DNA of 64,000 nucleotides from Curvularia clavata (Eukaryota): NCBI GenBank assembly GCA_023920165.1, contig CP089275.1, positions 4,092,001 to 4,156,000 of the forward strand, read 5' to 3'. Shown piece by piece: positions 39,184 to 51,025 of this stretch (position 1 is its first letter; each line of letters starts with the position of its first letter). The notes under the pieces were generated by a model. It saw only the letters and a program-made list of their open reading frames with translations, ran no database searches and was not told where the DNA came from. The position numbers and the translations under genes were made by a program.

Positions 39184-40385
39184 ACGATCTATACGTGACC
39201 CATGGACGTCCGAATAGCAGCTAGCGCTCCGTCGCGGTTGTTTGTGCGAGCGCGGTACACGAAAATCGTATACATGTCATAGCTACTGATACTACTACTC
39301 TATCCTTGGATACCAGCTTCTTCGATGTAGCATACGGAAAATGGCGTTAAGGGAAATTGGGCATTCAGGCGTTTGGCGCGTCGAAGCTTCTGCGACAGGG
39401 GTGATCGACTATGTATTGAAGTGCGAACCGTTCATTGCTAGATATGTTCAATCCAGTGTTTTAACTCATGCGCGATTCCTGCTAGATCTTGTTTGGTAAT
39501 ATTCCCTTGACTGTTCTACGTCATCAGTGGTGATTGTTCAAGATGATCAATGCTGCGCGGAAATATGTGATGCTGATCGGAGACCACCTCTCCTGTCCGT
39601 GAGCTCTCTGGTCTCGACCACGCTGGTATTCTACAAGAAGTCGCGCTGTCGACATGTGATTGTTGTGTCCGCCGGATATTCTACTCTGACTCGCCTGGAT
39701 CGTTGTGGTCGTTGCTCAGAAGAGGCTCCTTCATCAGTAAGATACTAGTAAAATGGGCGAATGATGAGGCCGATGTGTATCCAATGTCCAATGGTCAAGC
39801 AGTTCCAGCCTCTGGAGCGAAGCTGCCAGTCCAATCCATGCCCAGTGGAGACTGCAGGGGTCAGGTTACGAATCTTACCGAGGGAGTTGATGCCAAAGCT
39901 TGGACGAAGCCGCAACATCGTCATCAACATTGCGATAGCCATGGACTTCCAGTATCCCTTTTCTTTCTCGACATGATTAGTTTTCGTGTTCGAAAACGAC
40001 ATGTGGTGTTTGCCTGATCTTAGTGAATTTCCATTTGCATAGAACTAGTTGGGGTGGGGCGTTGGGTATACCACGAGCAGAATGGTTGTCGTGACTGTGG
40101 GATAGATATCATTCTTCTCGCGTTCCCCAGAAGGTACAGAATATTCCGATTGACATATATTAAGAAACCAGGCTGAGCGAGGAGGGTAAAGGGGGGCGAG
40201 TAATACGAATCATCCGAGGCACTGCAGTCGGATGTTGCAGGTAGTAGGATAGCTCCATGACCGAGATGTCAACCTAGTTGTTACAATTCATTATTTTTGG
40301 GACTCTATTTGTGTGTTCAAGCGTATCATTTCCTGTAACCGTGATGTGTATCAGTTGTGGGTGAGATATGGTATTGTTGTTCAGT

Positions 40386-40405
40386 TGAAGCTTCTCGAAG
40401 CTTCT
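40386..40405. promoter_or_regulatory. Perfect four-unit heat-shock element upstream of the Hsp40 gene
   Basis: tGAAgcTTCtcGAAgcTTCt, four alternating nGAAn units about 190 nt upstream of the SIS1 ATG. Confidence 0.8.
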
Positions 40406-40590
40406 CTTTGAAGTTCCGAGTTGCGCAACGGGGCCCGACGTCACCACTAGCGCCGATTAACAGGTGGAGAGACGCTCGAAGCTCTTGAGCGATAAAAGCG
40501 ACAGCAACCTCGTAACCACAGAGGACTTCATACCAAGAAACTAGTCGCGCATACAAAAGATACCTTCTTTATTAATTACTGCCTGCCAAT

Positions 40591-41940
40591 ATGGTCAAAG
40601 AGACGAAGCTCTACGACGCATTAAGTACGTATGCTTGAGCTGCCCCTCCACCGCCACGCCTTGAGAACGAACTGGGAAGGCTGGTCAAGGACGACGGATA
40701 CACATGAGAGGCTTTTGCTAACACGTCTCAATAGGCATATCTGAATCAGCGACGCAAGATGAGATCAAGAAAGCATATCGAAAAGCGGCGCTGAAATGGC
40801 ATCCCGACAAGAACAAGGACAACCCGCAAGCCTCGGAGAAGTTCAAAGGTAAGTCCACCACTCCCCCACACCTCACCATATCTATTCAAGCTTGCTAACA
40901 ACACCTCCAGAATGCTCACAGGCTTATGAAATCCTTTCCGACCCCGAGAAACGCAAAATATATGATCAGTATGGCCTCGAGTTCCTGCTCCGGGGCGGTG
41001 TACCACAAGAAGACGCCGGGGGTCCTGGGGGCAATCCATTCGCAGGTGCAGGAGGCCCTGGCGGTTTCCCATTCACATCCTCTGGCGGCATGCCCGGCGG
41101 CACACGAACGTTCCATTTCTCGACAGGCGGCGGCGGAAATGGTTTCAACTTCTCAAACGCCGATGACATCTTCGGAGAATTTATGCGCAACACTGCCGGT
41201 GGTGGGGGTGGTGACGATTTCGACTTCGGTGGCTTCGGTATGGGCGGCATGCCTGGTGGAATGGGTGGCATGGGCGGCATGGGTGGAGGCGCTGGCGCAA
41301 AAGGCGGTAGATTCCGAGGTGGCCGACGCGCACCAGAACCCGAAGTCACAGTCGTTGAGAAACCACTGGCAGTTAGCTTGGAAGAGCTGTATAATGGCAC
41401 TACCAAGAAGCTCAAGATCAAGCGCAAGACATACGACCAGAGTACAGGCAAGCAGAGCACTCAAGACCGGATCCTAGAGGTACCGATCAAGAAGGGATTG
41501 AAGCCAGGAAGCAAGATCAAGTTTTCAGACGTTGGCGACCAGGTTGAAGGTGGAACACAGGACCTGCACTTCATTGTTTCTGAGGTAAGTCGAGCTCATC
41601 TTTTCCCTTCAAATATTCCGAGCGGATATGCTAACGATGTCATCAGAAACCTCATGCAATGTTCACTCGCGAAGGCGATGATATCAAGCATACTATTGAA
41701 CTCGATCTCAAAGAAGCTCTCACCGGCTGGCGCCGAACCGTACAGACCATCGATGGCAAACAGCTCAGCGTCAGCAGTGGCGGTCCTACTGGTCCCAACT
41801 GGACAGAACGATACCCGAACCTGGGCATGCCCAAATCCAAGAAGCCAACAGAGCGCGGAGATTTCATTGTTGGCGTGAAGATCAAGTTCCCCACAAGCTT
41901 GACCAGCGCACAGAAAGAGAAGCTGAAGGAAATCTTATAA
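40591..41940 (+). CDS. SIS1: Type II DnaJ/Hsp40 (Sis1/Psi1), 4 exons
   Basis: [30 protein letters not shown]- and G/M-rich linker, C-terminal DnaJ domain ending FPTSLT. Confidence 0.95.
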
Positions 41941-42664
41941 GGCAGTCTATGGTGGACTATTCTAATTCTCGTATATCTTTTTTTTTCATTTTGCTCGGGA
42001 TTAAACACATGCCGAGCGGAAGGCGTAGGGTGGAGTTTTGATAACCTTTTAACGACTTGGAGGGATGGACCAGATGAAAAGCATACTGGTGCAGAAATTG
42101 GGGGATAAACCACGAAGTAACGCGTCTACGATAGACGAATCTACGAATTGCATGCCGATAATTGGATGTTTTTACGGCTCAGATTATGTGCATGCGTGAT
42201 GCATAGTAATTTCCTGCATTAGGCAAGAGCCCTTGTGCAATAATATCAAACTATACAACACAGTCTTTAATTCCACAGATACACGATACAATTCATCAAG
42301 CTACAATGGAAGGCAGTGCGAATGACGTCATATTATCCTTCGATCACTGTGCAGTCATCTCAAGCTTGCTTTTCCATGAGCTTGAAACTAGCTTCCCGTA
42401 AATATCGCACTCTCGAATCCCTGGCGATCGATCTCAGAGCCTACGCCCGATCAAACACGTGCGACTAAACTTGTTTTTCCAACATAACGTGTGACACTTG
42501 ATCTCGTGCTTTTTTTATTTCACGTGTGGTTACTGTGTTGTCGTGACGATGCTTGTTGATTATTGAAAATCGGAAACTCAGATATCATTTTGGATATTTT
42601 CGGCAGCTGTGTAACCGTTTACTATGTTCTATTGCGTTTTTTGCTCTATGACTACCTCTAGCAT

Positions 42665-44152
42665 CTAAAGTAGCTCTGCCATTGACTCCAACCCGTTCTC
42701 TTCAGCTACTTTTGCGCACTCCGCGCGAGTCGCGTCATCGATTTCAACATGCTTTGCTAGAGTTTGGAATATCGCCTTGTCCTCAGTCTCAATGGCGCGA
42801 GGAAGCAGACTTTGTAGGTGTTCTTTAGTATGGCCGCCACGCTCCAGCAAGACATTAACAATGCTTCTGTACCCCTTTGCGACAGCGACAGCCAGCGCTC
42901 TTCCAGTTTCTGCGCCATGTTCTAGGAGCAGATAGAATACATCAAAATGCACGTACTCTACCGCTGTCTCCAGGGCTGGCTGACTAGTATCTGCACCGTG
43001 GTTTAGAAGCAATTTGACCACCTCCTTGTGCCCATTCCTAGCAGCTCCAACAAGAGGTCGTTCGCGAGAATAGCGACAGTTGGGCAGATATATCCCGTCT
43101 ACAAGCGCTCCGAGTGCAAGATAGTAGGCAGTCATATCTACCCATCCCATATGCGCACTTTCATGGAGGAAACGAGTGAACTCCTTTTCACCAAACCTTT
43201 TGTCGGGAAGATGAATTCTGCGTTTTTCCATAATCCAGTCGAAGATTTCCCTCCTTGGAGTGTTTAGTTCTGCCACCGTTCTTGCGTTGTCGGACAGGTA
43301 ACTAGGCCTTGCCTTTCTCTTACACACCCAGGGATGTTGCACAGCTTCGAAGTCCCAGATGAACTGCGTTAGATCCATGTTCCCAGTTTCAGCGACCCTT
43401 CTCAAGATACACGTTCGTGTATGATGGAACTTGTACACTTCGATTCCCAAGTCCAACATTGCTGCAAGAACTTCTTGGTTACCATGCATAGAAGCGTGTT
43501 GCAGGGAGACACCAAAGAGGTAACTGGATATTAACAGCTCCCTTCCACGTTTCCCGCTCGAGATCCATCTTGCAATGACTGGGAGGGTTTGTGTATATAG
43601 GGCAGCGGTGAATACATCATCGTCGAAATGGTGGTCGTCACAAAACCCTCTCTGCGCGCATTCGATCTTATTACAAAGCTGCTTAGGCGCCGGTTCAATT
43701 TTCTCATACACGGAGAAACGACCCGGTATCCATCTGTCAGAGCCAGATACTAGAGGACATAACTGTCTTATGTAGTCACACTCGTCTCTACCATCGTCTG
43801 TTTCTTGACTCAATTGTTTTGCAACCCTGCGAATCCAAACAAGGTACGCTGCTCCACCAGGGCGCTCGTTCAAAATACGTCGCTCGAGATATGCTGTCGC
43901 AAGAGAGGGTGGAGGTCGATCCCAGGAAAATGTAAAAGCAGTGTCGAGAATCTTGAATTGGGCAATTACGACAAGGATTTCGGTCGCAAAAGTCTCTACA
44001 GTAAGTGGTGAGTAGACTATGGTTGCGTATAGTGTTAAGTCTAACTTACTATTCACGAGGCGTAACCGAAGGCCACGTTTAGTTCCTCGGACGGCAATTG
44101 CCTGGCTGAGTATCTTGTGGAGAAGCTCCAATGGCAGATCAAGCAGTTGCAT
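42665..44152 (-). CDS. F-box-like N-terminus plus C-terminal ankyrin repeats; probable 54-nt intron 44049-43996
   Basis: MQLLDLPLELLHKIL...LRLVN F-box-like start; PLVGAARNGHKEVVKLLLNHGAD and further ankyrin-like repeats. Confidence 0.85.
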   Translation of the reverse strand: MQLLDLPLELLHKILSQAIAVRGTKRGLRLRLVNSKLDLTLYATIVYSPLTVETFATEILVVIAQFKILDTAFTFSWDRPPPSLATAYLERRILNERPGGAAYLVWIRRVAKQLSQETDDGRDECDYIRQLCPLVSGSDRWIPGRFSVYEKIEPAPKQLCNKIECAQRGFCDDHHFDDDVFTAALYTQTLPVIARWISSGKRGRELLISSYLFGVSLQHASMHGNQEVLAAMLDLGIEVYKFHHTRTCILRRVAETGNMDLTQFIWDFEAVQHPWVCKRKARPSYLSDNARTVAELNTPRREIFDWIMEKRRIHLPDKRFGEKEFTRFLHESAHMGWVDMTAYYLALGALVDGIYLPNCRYSRERPLVGAARNGHKEVVKLLLNHGADTSQPALETAVEYVHFDVFYLLLEHGAETGRALAVAVAKGYRSIVNVLLERGGHTKEHLQSLLPRAIETEDKAIFQTLAKHVEIDDATRAECAKVAEENGLESMAELL

Positions 44153-45135
44153 AATTCAGATTTATGAGGCTGTGAAATGAATTAGTTGATACCTGGAAAA
44201 GATAAACAGATTTAAGTAGAATAATCTACTTTCTATGCTGTTGCCTGCGCAACATGGCGGCGCAGACAAGTGGGCTTAGCGAAAAACATTGATTGGACAA
44301 CTATACCTATTAATGGCCGAAATAGCTATGTATTCAACAAGCATTCCAAGATCCTTGGTAAAAGGCTCATGACCACATGGTTGTGATACTACGATGGGAA
44401 TAATAAATACCATATGACATCAAAATAAATTAAGGTGCAGTTTTCAACTGTTAAAATCTGCGTGAGATCATAAAAGCGCAGAATAAATGTTGTACTATCG
44501 GGTTTCCACTACGATACCTGCATATTGAATGGCACAACATTTTCCATCTCTTTGCTTCACTTGCAGCTAGTTATGGGGCCAAGGCAGACTTTCGCTAGCA
44601 TATAAGAGGGCTGCATATCATTATCTATGCAAAGCTATGTGTTGGGTCCAGTCACTGCGCAAGGCAGCTTTGGCAATTATAGTGGGATAAGAGTAATGTT
44701 GCGTGTCTGGAGAACACGGCGCAACTCCAACTACGCCGCAATAACCTCTCGGGGGGCTGCTTTTAGAAGACCCACACTCTATACGAGTCCGGACATGCTG
44801 ATTGCATATATAGGCGCCCCTTTCTGTTGGATGGTTTCAGAATGCTGCGGCGTCTTTGCACGTTGCGCTAGCTTCGGCGTTAATATCACTGTACAGGTGC
44901 CTACATCTATTTGCAGTAGCAGCACTGCCTTGGTCGCTTTTATTTCATTGCATTGCACTTGCATTTTGAATTTGAATTGTGAATCCGCAACATTCTCCCG
45001 ACGTTTTCTTGCTATAGTATTAGTTATCGCTTCTATACTTGGACCAAGATGGCTGCTCCAAACCTGTCGTCGGGTAAGCTCATGTGGGACAAGTCTTTTC
45101 ATATTGTGTTAAGATAATGTTTAGTTGATGACCGA

Positions 45136-46239
45136 ATGGACCTCTACAATTTTGATTCCAATCTACCCGCTGCAATCTTTGGTATCGCTAGCTATGCAGC
45201 AATTGCTTTTGTCCACGTTGGGCGGTTCTCGCAAACTTGGCCGTGGCATTTTTCGTTCATGAACGTCGGCATAATAGGTAAAATGTCTATGAGAACAGAT
45301 GCAGTTTAAGGCTAACAAGCAAACAGCTGAATGTATCGGCCTTGGAACTCGAGTTGTATCGATAAAACACCCCTGGGAGAACCAGATGTACTTTACTAGC
45401 TATATCGCTCTCCTGTAAGTAAAATCGGCTTTACAATGTTTTCACAGAAAACGCTAAATCTGTTGTTCTTTGGCAGATTGGCGCCCCCTCTCATCGCTAT
45501 AGCGTGCTATTCTACGTTCAGTCGGATCATGATGTGGGTCACACCACCAGAGAGGTTTCCGATTCGATATTTTGGATGTTCGCTACGTTCTGCTTCTTTT
45601 GCATCAGTTCTCATCATTTCCCTTGGACTCTTCTTCACCATAACAGGCGCGAGTGTTATCGCAACTACCTATCTAAAGTATATTCAACTACATGAGTCAC
45701 CCCAAGCAGGGCTGGTTTTGTTGAAAGTAGGTCTTATCCTACAGCTAGTAGGACTTACCGCACTGATCAGTCTTTACCTACTATTTTTGTTTGTCAGCTA
45801 TCACTGGGTTAGGAGCCCGCCATCGCCTGCTGTATATGTCAAAAAGGAATGGCGTCGGCTTGGCTGGGCTGTTACCACAGCAATCATACTTGTCACTGTA
45901 AGTCTAGATTGCTAACTCAAATCTACTCTAGCAGCTAATAGAATGAATTCCTTAGATATCTGTTGTATATCGTATAGCTGAGCTATACAGCTCTACAGGG
46001 TCTATGCTTGGTTACCTTGCTCTATACGAGTGGCCTTTCTGGGTCTTCGACACCATTCCGATACTAGGTATAGATACTCCAGTGCTTTGAATATTTACGG
46101 CTTAGCTTATCAGAATTCAGGGGCAACTATTGTGTTGGCTGTAATATATCCTGGACAGATATTACCGTACGCACTGTTGGGTTTCTACATCGACAAATGG
46201 GCAGAATATGACCAAGACGATGATGATGACTTCGTGTAG
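45136..46239 (+). CDS. RTA1-like (lipid-translocating exporter family) multi-pass membrane protein, 5 exons
   Basis: MDLYNFDSNLPAAIFG, ECIGLGTR, LAPPLIAIACYSTFSRI, VGLILQL, YRIAEL, YEWPFWVFDTIP, YPGQILP; four GT-AG introns keep frame. Confidence 0.8.
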
Positions 46240-46800
46240 AATATATCAAAACAATGGTACTTTGGTGTTAACGCATGCGCTTTGGGAAGATTCCAGGACT
46301 GTGAGAGTAGACGACAGCTGACCATGTGTAATGTGTAGTTTGGTTTATTGATGTGAATAAACTAGATGAGCAGTTTGCTTCTTTTCAAGCCTTGGAGTTC
46401 TCCAGTAGACCATCTGCTTGTCTATCTTCCGTTACCTATACTTAGGCCTTAAACGAGAAATAATTAACCAATTTTTAATCAATGCCCACCTTTCGACTGT
46501 TGAAGGTGCGTGAAAGTAGCAAGAAGTGTTAGAGAGAAAAGGCTGAATAAGCTCATGGTACTGTCCGCGATGAAGGCTCTAAATTCAAGTGATAGTTTAG
46601 TCAGGTAAACTTCTGCTCATCGCCGTGTCATTGATTAGTCTAGAATGCAAAAATCTTATTACATGTATCATTACTACTTGCTTTTTGGAGACACATACTA
46701 GAGAACACTGTAGACATTCTGCTAGAGTGACGCGCATCTTGCTCAATATATAGATTCGGCACTAATATAGATGAATCACTCGCAAACTAATGTACAATAC

Positions 46801-47961
46801 TCAGGTATTCGCACACATGACAGCTCTCACCAATCTCTGCTTCCACTCATCTGTATACGTGTATATCTTCTCTGGAGACATATCTCTTGCTCTCTTACTT
46901 GTTCGGGTGGTTTTCGTTTCCAAATCAAAGCAGTTGATGGTCTGAACAGCAGTACATAGTGGCCACCAGGTCGCCGTCGCCATGTCACAAAAGGCTCCCT
47001 CCACCACGGAGACAAAGTCGGGTCCCAGGGACATCTTGTCTAGACAAAGCTCTTTTGCGCTGTGTCCTTTCATGTGACTGACAGTCAGGCGCTCTGGGTG
47101 AAGATTCTTGATACCCCGGATCTTCAGCTTTCGTTGACCTTGAAGATTTGATGACTGCTGCCTCCGAAGCTTACGACTGTTCATGTCCGTGCCGTCTGGA
47201 TATGCACGCGTCTGTCGGTCTCGACCTTGATTCGGTTTCTCTAAAGCACCAGCTGTAGATGGTTTAGTAGGATCGTCGGCGTTCGTTTCTCTCATGTACT
47301 TCAAAGGTGGGTTGAAGAACGTAGGGAAGGAGTCGGGCAGGATATCAGGATGGAAGGTCATTCGGGCTGAGTTCTGGCATAGTCGCCCTTCGTCCTCCTT
47401 GTATTGGGACAGCATTCCTGCCTCGCCACTGAAGTCTCGGATGTGGAGACTCAATCCTTTCGCTATAATGCCGTTGTCGTGGTTCGCGTCGAGCCATACG
47501 CACCGGATTGGCTGGTTGTAGTTACCCATCGTATACTGGCTAGGGTACCACTGGGCACCGCATGTGTAGCCAATGTCACCAGTCCACGCCCATTGAACAC
47601 CCTCTCCAGCAGCTGCAACAGCAGCAAGGCAGATGCCGTCATTCTCGTGCATAACGACAGAGACATACTCTGGCTTTGCGGGCTTTTTGCCATTTTGGTC
47701 GTTGTTAAGATAATATCCGGTGGTTCTCCCTTCTTTGTCACCACCTATGTGACCATTCTTGTTGCCTTTGAACTGTGTTATTCGACCTCCTTTTGCATCA
47801 AATACAGCAATATGAGGCACACTGCCATCGGCATTTGGGTTGCTGCCCACTCCAAGGGTAATTTGCGTCATCTTATTAGGATCCGGCTGCTCTTTATTGA
47901 ACAAAGCTAGTGGCAGAAGGCTAGCCACAAGACCGCCGACGTTGATCAAAGTATTCGCCAT
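46801..47961 (-). CDS. Uncharacterised Cys-containing protein with hydrophobic N-terminus and basic processing-like sites
   Basis: Long open frame starting MANTLINVGGLVASLLPLALF; TATAAA about 160 nt upstream (48125-48120); Cys motifs GICL, YTCGAQWY, RCVWLD, SAKELC..GPDFVS..FCDM..WPLC..CFD. Confidence 0.75.
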   Translation of the reverse strand: MANTLINVGGLVASLLPLALFNKEQPDPNKMTQITLGVGSNPNADGSVPHIAVFDAKGGRITQFKGNKNGHIGGDKEGRTTGYYLNNDQNGKKPAKPEYVSVVMHENDGICLAAVAAAGEGVQWAWTGDIGYTCGAQWYPSQYTMGNYNQPIRCVWLDANHDNGIIAKGLSLHIRDFSGEAGMLSQYKEDEGRLCQNSARMTFHPDILPDSFPTFFNPPLKYMRETNADDPTKPSTAGALEKPNQGRDRQTRAYPDGTDMNSRKLRRQQSSNLQGQRKLKIRGIKNLHPERLTVSHMKGHSAKELCLDKMSLGPDFVSVVEGAFCDMATATWWPLCTAVQTINCFDLETKTTRTSKRARDMSPEKIYTYTDEWKQRLVRAVMCANT

Positions 47962-48815
47962 CGAATCGGCTTTTTGATAAGATAATCCGAGCAATTGTCT
48001 GGCCTAAGAGTAAAGAGATTGAAGAGCTGATCCGCAAGAGGGTACAGAGGTATACAAGCGCGGAAGAAACAAGTGGATAGGTTGAACGGTGAGTCTGTAG
48101 TTTTCTGGACACTTGGTGCTTTATACCTAAAATATGAATCAGAATTTGGTACATAACTATTGAATTCACTGTCCGTTGACAAAATCTCTCTGAATCTTCA
48201 GTTGAAGCGGCGTAGAAGTGGGCTTTCGGGGGGCTAGATATCCTAGTATGGGGCCAAATTACCCTCGGTGGTTGCAAGACAGTTCTCTTCGCAAGACATC
48301 CGTGTGGCACAGAGACATTTCCCGTATTCGTAAGGCTCTTTCTTTGAGAATCAACTCCACGTTGGTCTTTAATTGAACTGTCTGCCTTGATGCCGTTTCA
48401 AACAAACAGCGCCATGGTGTTGTCCCCACTAGCGACTGAGTATCGCCGAGCGCTTCGTGCGGCATGGAATAGAAAATCCCCCAATACGCCAAACTATGCC
48501 GAACCAACACTGAAGACGTGCAGCAAGCATGCTGCAGGATCTCTAACCTTGGATGTTAGCTACTATACTACACGCTTTACACTGGAGCTAGGGCGTATGT
48601 GCAGTCGGCATTTTCGTTCGGGGTCCATATGACCAAGGGGCATCGGATGGAATCATTCAAGTATTTAGGAAAGCTCTCTGCAGCTATCTGAGCTATTAAG
48701 TTGACCTTCATACTCCAAGGAAAGCCAATTATTACTGTTTGAAACTTCCATACTCCAATCACCTCTATTTCACAACTCTGTCTCCTCAATTTGAGAAACC
48801 TAGCTTCTTCTAGTC

Positions 48816-50004
48816 ATGCGTGTCTCCTGGTTGAAAACATTGCTGTTAGTAGCTATCAGTCTACCGCCTGATGGTTTGGCTGCACCCTGTAAGAAATAAC
48901 ATACTCTGCCGCGTGAACATAATAGTACAAAGCAGACTGACACGCCGTAGGTTCGGAAAAAAAAGTTCTACGTGTAGTTTCTTCACCAGGGAGCCTGCAG
49001 CTGCCATCCCACCTATCTTCCCCATACCTAAGCCTGTAGTACCGGTTATCAATCCTTTTCCGATCACACCCAAGCCGATCACGCCAAAACCGATCACGCC
49101 AAAGCCCGTATCACCAAAACCAATTTCGCCCAAACCTGCTGAGCCTGCACAGCCTCCAGGCTCAGCCCTTCAATGCAAGCGAGCTCCTGGAGATCCTTGT
49201 ACCAACGTTGCTACTTTTGGCACTCCCGAACTTGAAGGAATTCGCAACAAAGGACGAATCGTTCAGGCTGACCTATTGGTAACCCAAAGAGCAAACCCTC
49301 CGGCTCAAGATGTTGACCGGGCCGATTTAGCTAGACAATACACACATGATCATACAGATCGCCAAGCTTTACCGTTGCCGACCGATGAGACGGGATTCCT
49401 GACGGCAAATAATCCGCCAGTACCACATAGCCTGCAGAACGACTGGTACTCATACACCACCACCAATCTGCAAGGCTCGGGCGGAAAACTTCCTCAGCCA
49501 ATCTTGAGAACTCATATGAACCCTAAAGACAGGGTTATGATTGTCGCGGAAAGCTTCAACGGAGAACATGACCTGTTAAAATCGGGCAAGATGCGTTGGT
49601 CAGACATGGCCATGTATGATCTCAAAGAGGCCTTCAAAACAGGCGGCGTCAATCCCGACGAACTCAAGTACATGGTTCGGCACAACATTGAGGGTGGTGG
49701 TAGCGCTTCAAATACGCGAAACTATATCGAAAAGGCCATCGAGATTACACAGGGCGATCGCGCAAATGTCAATACGTTCAGGAGCGACCCATATGCCCCT
49801 GGCATAACCCCGCAAGAACTAGCAGCATACCAACTCCTGGCAGGATCGGATCATGTTCATCGAGTACTTCTTATGCTTAAAGACTATCCTGCGACTATGA
49901 AGAATGTTCGAGTGGAATCGCTCAGGGTTTACACTCCAGACACTCCAGGCACAGACGATGGGTACCACATAGTCATCATGTTCACTAGAGTAGACAACCC
50001 ATAA
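48816..50004 (+). CDS. Candidate secreted protein: signal peptide exon, Pro/Lys repeat linker, KR site, C-terminal globular domain; apparent frameshift at A8 tract 48957-48964
   Basis: Exon 1 MRVSWLKTLLLVAISLPPDGLAAP, GTAAGA donor 48889, CTGAC..TAG acceptor 48950; main ORF is one base out of phase. Confidence 0.65.
49060..49134 (+). repeat. Coding tandem repeat, 5 x 15 nt (PITPK PITPK PITPK PVSPK PISPK)
   Basis: CCGATCACACCCAAG, CCGATCACGCCAAAA, CCGATCACGCCAAAG, CCCGTATCACCAAAA, CCAATTTCGCCCAAA. Confidence 0.9.
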
Positions 50005-51025
50005 AAACGGCAAGAGAATATTACCGCCAAGACAAAGAAATGGGGAAAAATGCTGGCAGGGTCTAGTAGAAACAGAGTCATTTGTCTGTATTTATTACGG
50101 TTACCTGCCTAGCGCGAACTTTGTTCAACACTGTCGTTGACTGTTTTGGTGATAAGACGTCGCTGCGGAAGTTGTTATTTGTGCTTAGCTAGCCCTGGGT
50201 TCTCTCAGAAACTACTAGAGCCTAGTGCTAGGATATGTACCCCAATCATAAGATGATAGTCTTGGTTCGACCAGATAAATAAGATAAATCTCTCCGGAGT
50301 TTTCCCTCAATAATACAACGAGCTCCCGTTCTATCTGTGCCTCGTAGAGCTTGTTCTAAAATTATACCGTACTATGTGCCTAAGGGATACTCATTAGTCT
50401 AGATTCTTAATTTCACTCACTTTGCTTTCGGTGCAGTATATATGAGCTCAATAGCGCAGCAGAAGAATTACTGTCTGAAGGGGATTTTCGGCCTTGTGTC
50501 ATTGAGACAGATTGGCGCTCCCATAGTACCCTTGAGACTTACAGTACGACAGTCGATCGATAGCGCCGCTTTCCTCACCAGTTCAGGCCATTGTCAACAA
50601 GTAAACCAGACACTCACCACCCAAAAGGCGATATCAAATACGTCTTACATAGACTGGGTCAATATAAATTCAGCTGCTGAACTGCCAGTCAGATGAGAAA
50701 GCGGCCTGCAATTACAGTCTACCCTAGTGTAGGAGCAGATCCAAGAGCCTATTCCAACAGCATTCAGAAGAGCTTTGTACCAGCAACCGGTTGGACCAAA
50801 GAGCGAGCATACAACAACCAATCTTAGCTCAATTGGACAAGAATTTCCTACTCCGCTTCCCTTCTCCAGCCATTCCCATATGGCATCATATACCAATGGC
50901 GACCTCAAGATATTCAATACTTAGTGTAAACTGCTCAATAGTTCAGCATAGCTTTCACATGAAGCATTAAAGTACACCATTTGCATTAATGCAGTTCAAT
51001 GCAAAGCAATTAAATTAACTTCATT

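Noticed and set aside
39527..40017. Short ORFs and box C/D-like words between CBF5 and SIS1
   Set aside because: No coherent spliced model and no terminal stem or recognisable rRNA guide
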